From the NCBI GenBank assembly GCA_963719035.1, contig CAVRAO010000008.1:160001-224000 (forward strand): DNA of 64,000 nucleotides, in the 5' to 3' direction. This stretch comes from Methanobacteriota archaeon. Its GTDB lineage: Archaea > Halobacteriota > Bog-38 > Methanoflorentales > Methanoflorentaceae. The notes beneath the pieces were generated by a model. The model saw only the letters and a program-made list of their open reading frames with translations, made no database searches and was not told the DNA's origin. The translations under genes and the position numbers were made by a program. Positions 61,618 through 64,000 of this stretch are shown piece after piece (position 1 is the stretch's first letter; each line of letters begins with the position of its first letter).

Positions 61618-62178
61618 TTGGATTGGGAGTATCAAACGATTCACATGGAACGTTTTGACGTTAAATTATCAAAGGCTCAACGGCTGTTGCTGATGACAGA
61701 CGGCTCAGTTACGACTTTGCTTGAAGTATTGACCGGCAAACCTGTCGTCGTGACAACTTTGCTACAGCAGGTGGTCAAAGCAGATACCGACAAGGCAGCG
61801 GACTTAGATGTAGCAGAAGGGGACAACATAAACTATCGCGTCGTTGTTCTGAAAAACGAGGGTGATGATCGACCGCTGATTTACGCAGAGTCCTACACCC
61901 CCATCGCACGTCTGCAAAAAGAGTTCAGACACGACCTGATGAAAGCTGATATACCGATAGGACGAATTATGGCACAACGAAAAATAGAGTCACGACGCGA
62001 AATCAGACATATCGCTACGACGTTAAACGAAGAGCTTAGCGACTTGTTTGACGTTGCTCACGACATACCCATGTTGTCGCGCACCTATGATATTATAAGT
62101 CACGGCATGGTGCTGATTCGCATAACTGAGACGTTCCCTTCGACCAATTTTGCAAAAATAGTGATGGAGCTCCCTTGA
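61618..62178 (+). CDS. Chorismate pyruvate-lyase/DUF98 family protein
   Basis: LLMTDGSVTTLLE, R.V.L, DIPIGRI, RTY.I, ITE.F; adjacent to mptG. Confidence 0.85.
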   Translation: MDWEYQTIHMERFDVKLSKAQRLLLMTDGSVTTLLEVLTGKPVVVTTLLQQVVKADTDKAADLDVAEGDNINYRVVVLKNEGDDRPLIYAESYTPIARLQKEFRHDLMKADIPIGRIMAQRKIESRREIRHIATTLNEELSDLFDVAHDIPMLSRTYDIISHGMVLIRITETFPSTNFAKIVMELP

Positions 62179-62270
62179 CGGCGCAAGCCGACTAGACGAT
62201 GCCAACTGAAAAATCTAGCGTCGAACTGCTATTACAGAGCTAAAATTAAATAAAGCTCAGCAAAACTTGA

Positions 62271-63497
62271 TCAGCTAGCACGCTTCTTTAACATCGCAGC
62301 GATAATTGTGGCAAATAGCAAGCCAAGCATCGCTGATACAGTCTCGAATCCCGGCGTTAGAACACGCTGAGCTGCGGCGGTTGCGGTCATATTCTCGTTT
62401 GTAACAGAACTCGTAGAGGTAAGCGTTGTAGTAGGGGTCGGGGTCGCTTGAATTAAACCGTAGTTCTCAATCGGCTTAACAAGAGGATATTTGTCTCCCC
62501 CAAAAGAAGAGTCTGCGATTCCATTTCCGTCTGAATCGGTTCCTGCGTAATTCGAATAGTAATTGCCTACAAAACTGCTGAACGGATTGCCGTTAAACGT
62601 ATAATTCAGCTTTTTTGTCGAATTGATGTTGTTATCTTCCTGCGTATAGAAATGGCTCTTTTCATTAACGAAGTTGTTGAAATAAAACGTGTTGCTTCTT
62701 GAGTCCCCGATCAGAACGCCGTTTTCCTCGTTTGCTTTGAAAGTGTTCCACGAAAACTTGTTATTGTCCGACCCTTCTCGAAGCCGCACACCAAACTGTG
62801 CGTTTGCACTTATCGTATTATGTGAAAAAACGTTGTTCTTTGATTGGTAAAGAGAGGCCCCAAAGTTGTCATTGTTGCTCAGATCGCATTGCGTTACGTT
62901 GTTATTGTTTGAATTATACATATAAATGCCATCACTTAGAGAGGCTTTACCACCGCCACCTTTTTCATTCGATGCGCTGTTGTTCGACAATCTGTTTCCG
63001 GACGATCCGTCCAAATAGATGCCAAAACCGTTACCATCGAGGTTGTTGTTGCTTACCAGATTGGATGTTGCGGCAGCCAGGTAAACTCCAAAAACGTTAC
63101 CATTAACAACACTGTTAGTAAGTATGCAGTTCGATTGTCCAAAAGTTACTCCTCTGTTGCCCCCCGTAATAGTGAACGCTTGTATGCTGATGTCGGAACT
63201 GCCAAGCAGAAAGACGTCTTTGCTCGTGTCTGAAGCTTTTACTATCGTCGCTTGAGCTCCGTTCGTGGAGAGTATCTTAAGAGACTTGTCTACCGCGACG
63301 TTTTCAACATAAGTCCCAGGGCTAACAAGTATAGTGTCTCCAGCGTTTGCAGCTTTCACTGCTGCAGAAATTGTACTATACTTACCCCCGCCGCCGACTT
63401 TCAGTTCACTAGCACTGACGCAGGGGATTGAAGCTGAGACGCACGCTGCCAAAACGACGGATACAATAACTAACTTTAATAGTTCTTCAGCTTTCAT
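62271..63497 (-). CDS. Surface protein with NosD/CASH beta-helix and PGF-CTERM sorting signal
   Basis: Signal peptide, YSTISAAV..A..GDTI, GIYL repeats, GNYYS, Thr-rich linker, PGF + TM + KKR. Confidence 0.88.
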   Translation of the reverse strand: MKAEELLKLVIVSVVLAACVSASIPCVSASELKVGGGGKYSTISAAVKAANAGDTILVSPGTYVENVAVDKSLKILSTNGAQATIVKASDTSKDVFLLGSSDISIQAFTITGGNRGVTFGQSNCILTNSVVNGNVFGVYLAAATSNLVSNNNLDGNGFGIYLDGSSGNRLSNNSASNEKGGGGKASLSDGIYMYNSNNNNVTQCDLSNNDNFGASLYQSKNNVFSHNTISANAQFGVRLREGSDNNKFSWNTFKANEENGVLIGDSRSNTFYFNNFVNEKSHFYTQEDNNINSTKKLNYTFNGNPFSSFVGNYYSNYAGTDSDGNGIADSSFGGDKYPLVKPIENYGLIQATPTPTTTLTSTSSVTNENMTATAAAQRVLTPGFETVSAMLGLLFATIIAAMLKKRAS

Positions 63498-63711
63498 AAT
63501 TATAGTGAGACTAAATGTTCGTCAATCTCCCCCTATCAAACTGTGCGGTGCCACTCGGCTTGTATTTCCGTTGCTGAGAGATATAAGAATATCTAAATTC
63601 CGCAATTTACCGAAAAGTCAACAGGCCTACCTAAACCGATTATTGTGACGTTGTGACTAAAGACACAACAGGTCTACACGCCTTTTCGAATCAGAACGCA
63701 GTCTGATATGG

Positions 63712-63999
63712 TTATGTGATAGTAATCTTTGACGTAAGTTGCGAAGGTTGATAAGTACTATCACCTGCAAATTTCAGTGTGACGTCATATGTGCCTGGAT
63801 TCAAACCGCTTGTGTCGAGGTACGCGGTATAATAACAGTCACTGCCTCCTGAAGTTATTGTGCCAATTGTCGCAGTGACCGCTCCGTGGCCACAAATCCG
63901 GATCCCTGAAGCAATTACATTGATTCCTATGTTGTCTCCCCCGCTTGGATCGCGGACGAATTGAATTGAGGTCGCTGTCGTCCCTGATACCGTCGGCGT
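63712..63999 (-). CDS. Ig-like domain protein, 5'-partial
   Basis: Frame open to the window end: ...LDTSGLNPGTYDVTLKFAGDSTYQPSQLTSKITIT*. Confidence 0.7.
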   Translation of the reverse strand, partial: TPTVSGTTATSIQFVRDPSGGDNIGINVIASGIRICGHGAVTATIGTITSGGSDCYYTAYLDTSGLNPGTYDVTLKFAGDSTYQPSQLTSKITIT

Positions 64000-64000
64000 T

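Overview
Archaeal chromosomal window from a methanogen. Evidence: methanogenesis marker 14, beta-RFA-P synthase, archaeal r-protein cluster and a PGF-CTERM protein. The gene content suggests Halobacteriota (Methanomicrobia/Methanocellia-like); the finer taxonomy is inference. About 32-64 kb is core: marker 14, Thg1, site-2 proteases, TraB, a TIGR04083-like radical SAM/SPASM enzyme, lysC, purM, cobZSY, mobB, cbf5-cmk-adk-secY, the L15-L3 ribosomal protein operon, mptG and surface proteins. About 1-32 kb is accessory: a thiol/peroxide cluster, two near-identical secreted Cys-rich proteins with chaplin/curlin-like C-termini flanking an orphan DNA methyltransferase, TrmB regulators, DUF3303-like paralogs and a frameshifted tyrosine recombinase. 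The second Cys-rich copy sits between ~51-bp direct repeats that duplicate the MTase 3' end. Two unannotated ~50-aa Cys peptides share an upstream palindrome, the DUF3303-like genes share a duplicated promoter module, and four copies of an AAAAGTGAGAG motif surround the recombinase. Single-base frameshifts in several conserved genes, including secY, indicate sequencing indel errors, so frameshifts here are not evidence of pseudogenes. All product calls come from motif recognition, not database searches.
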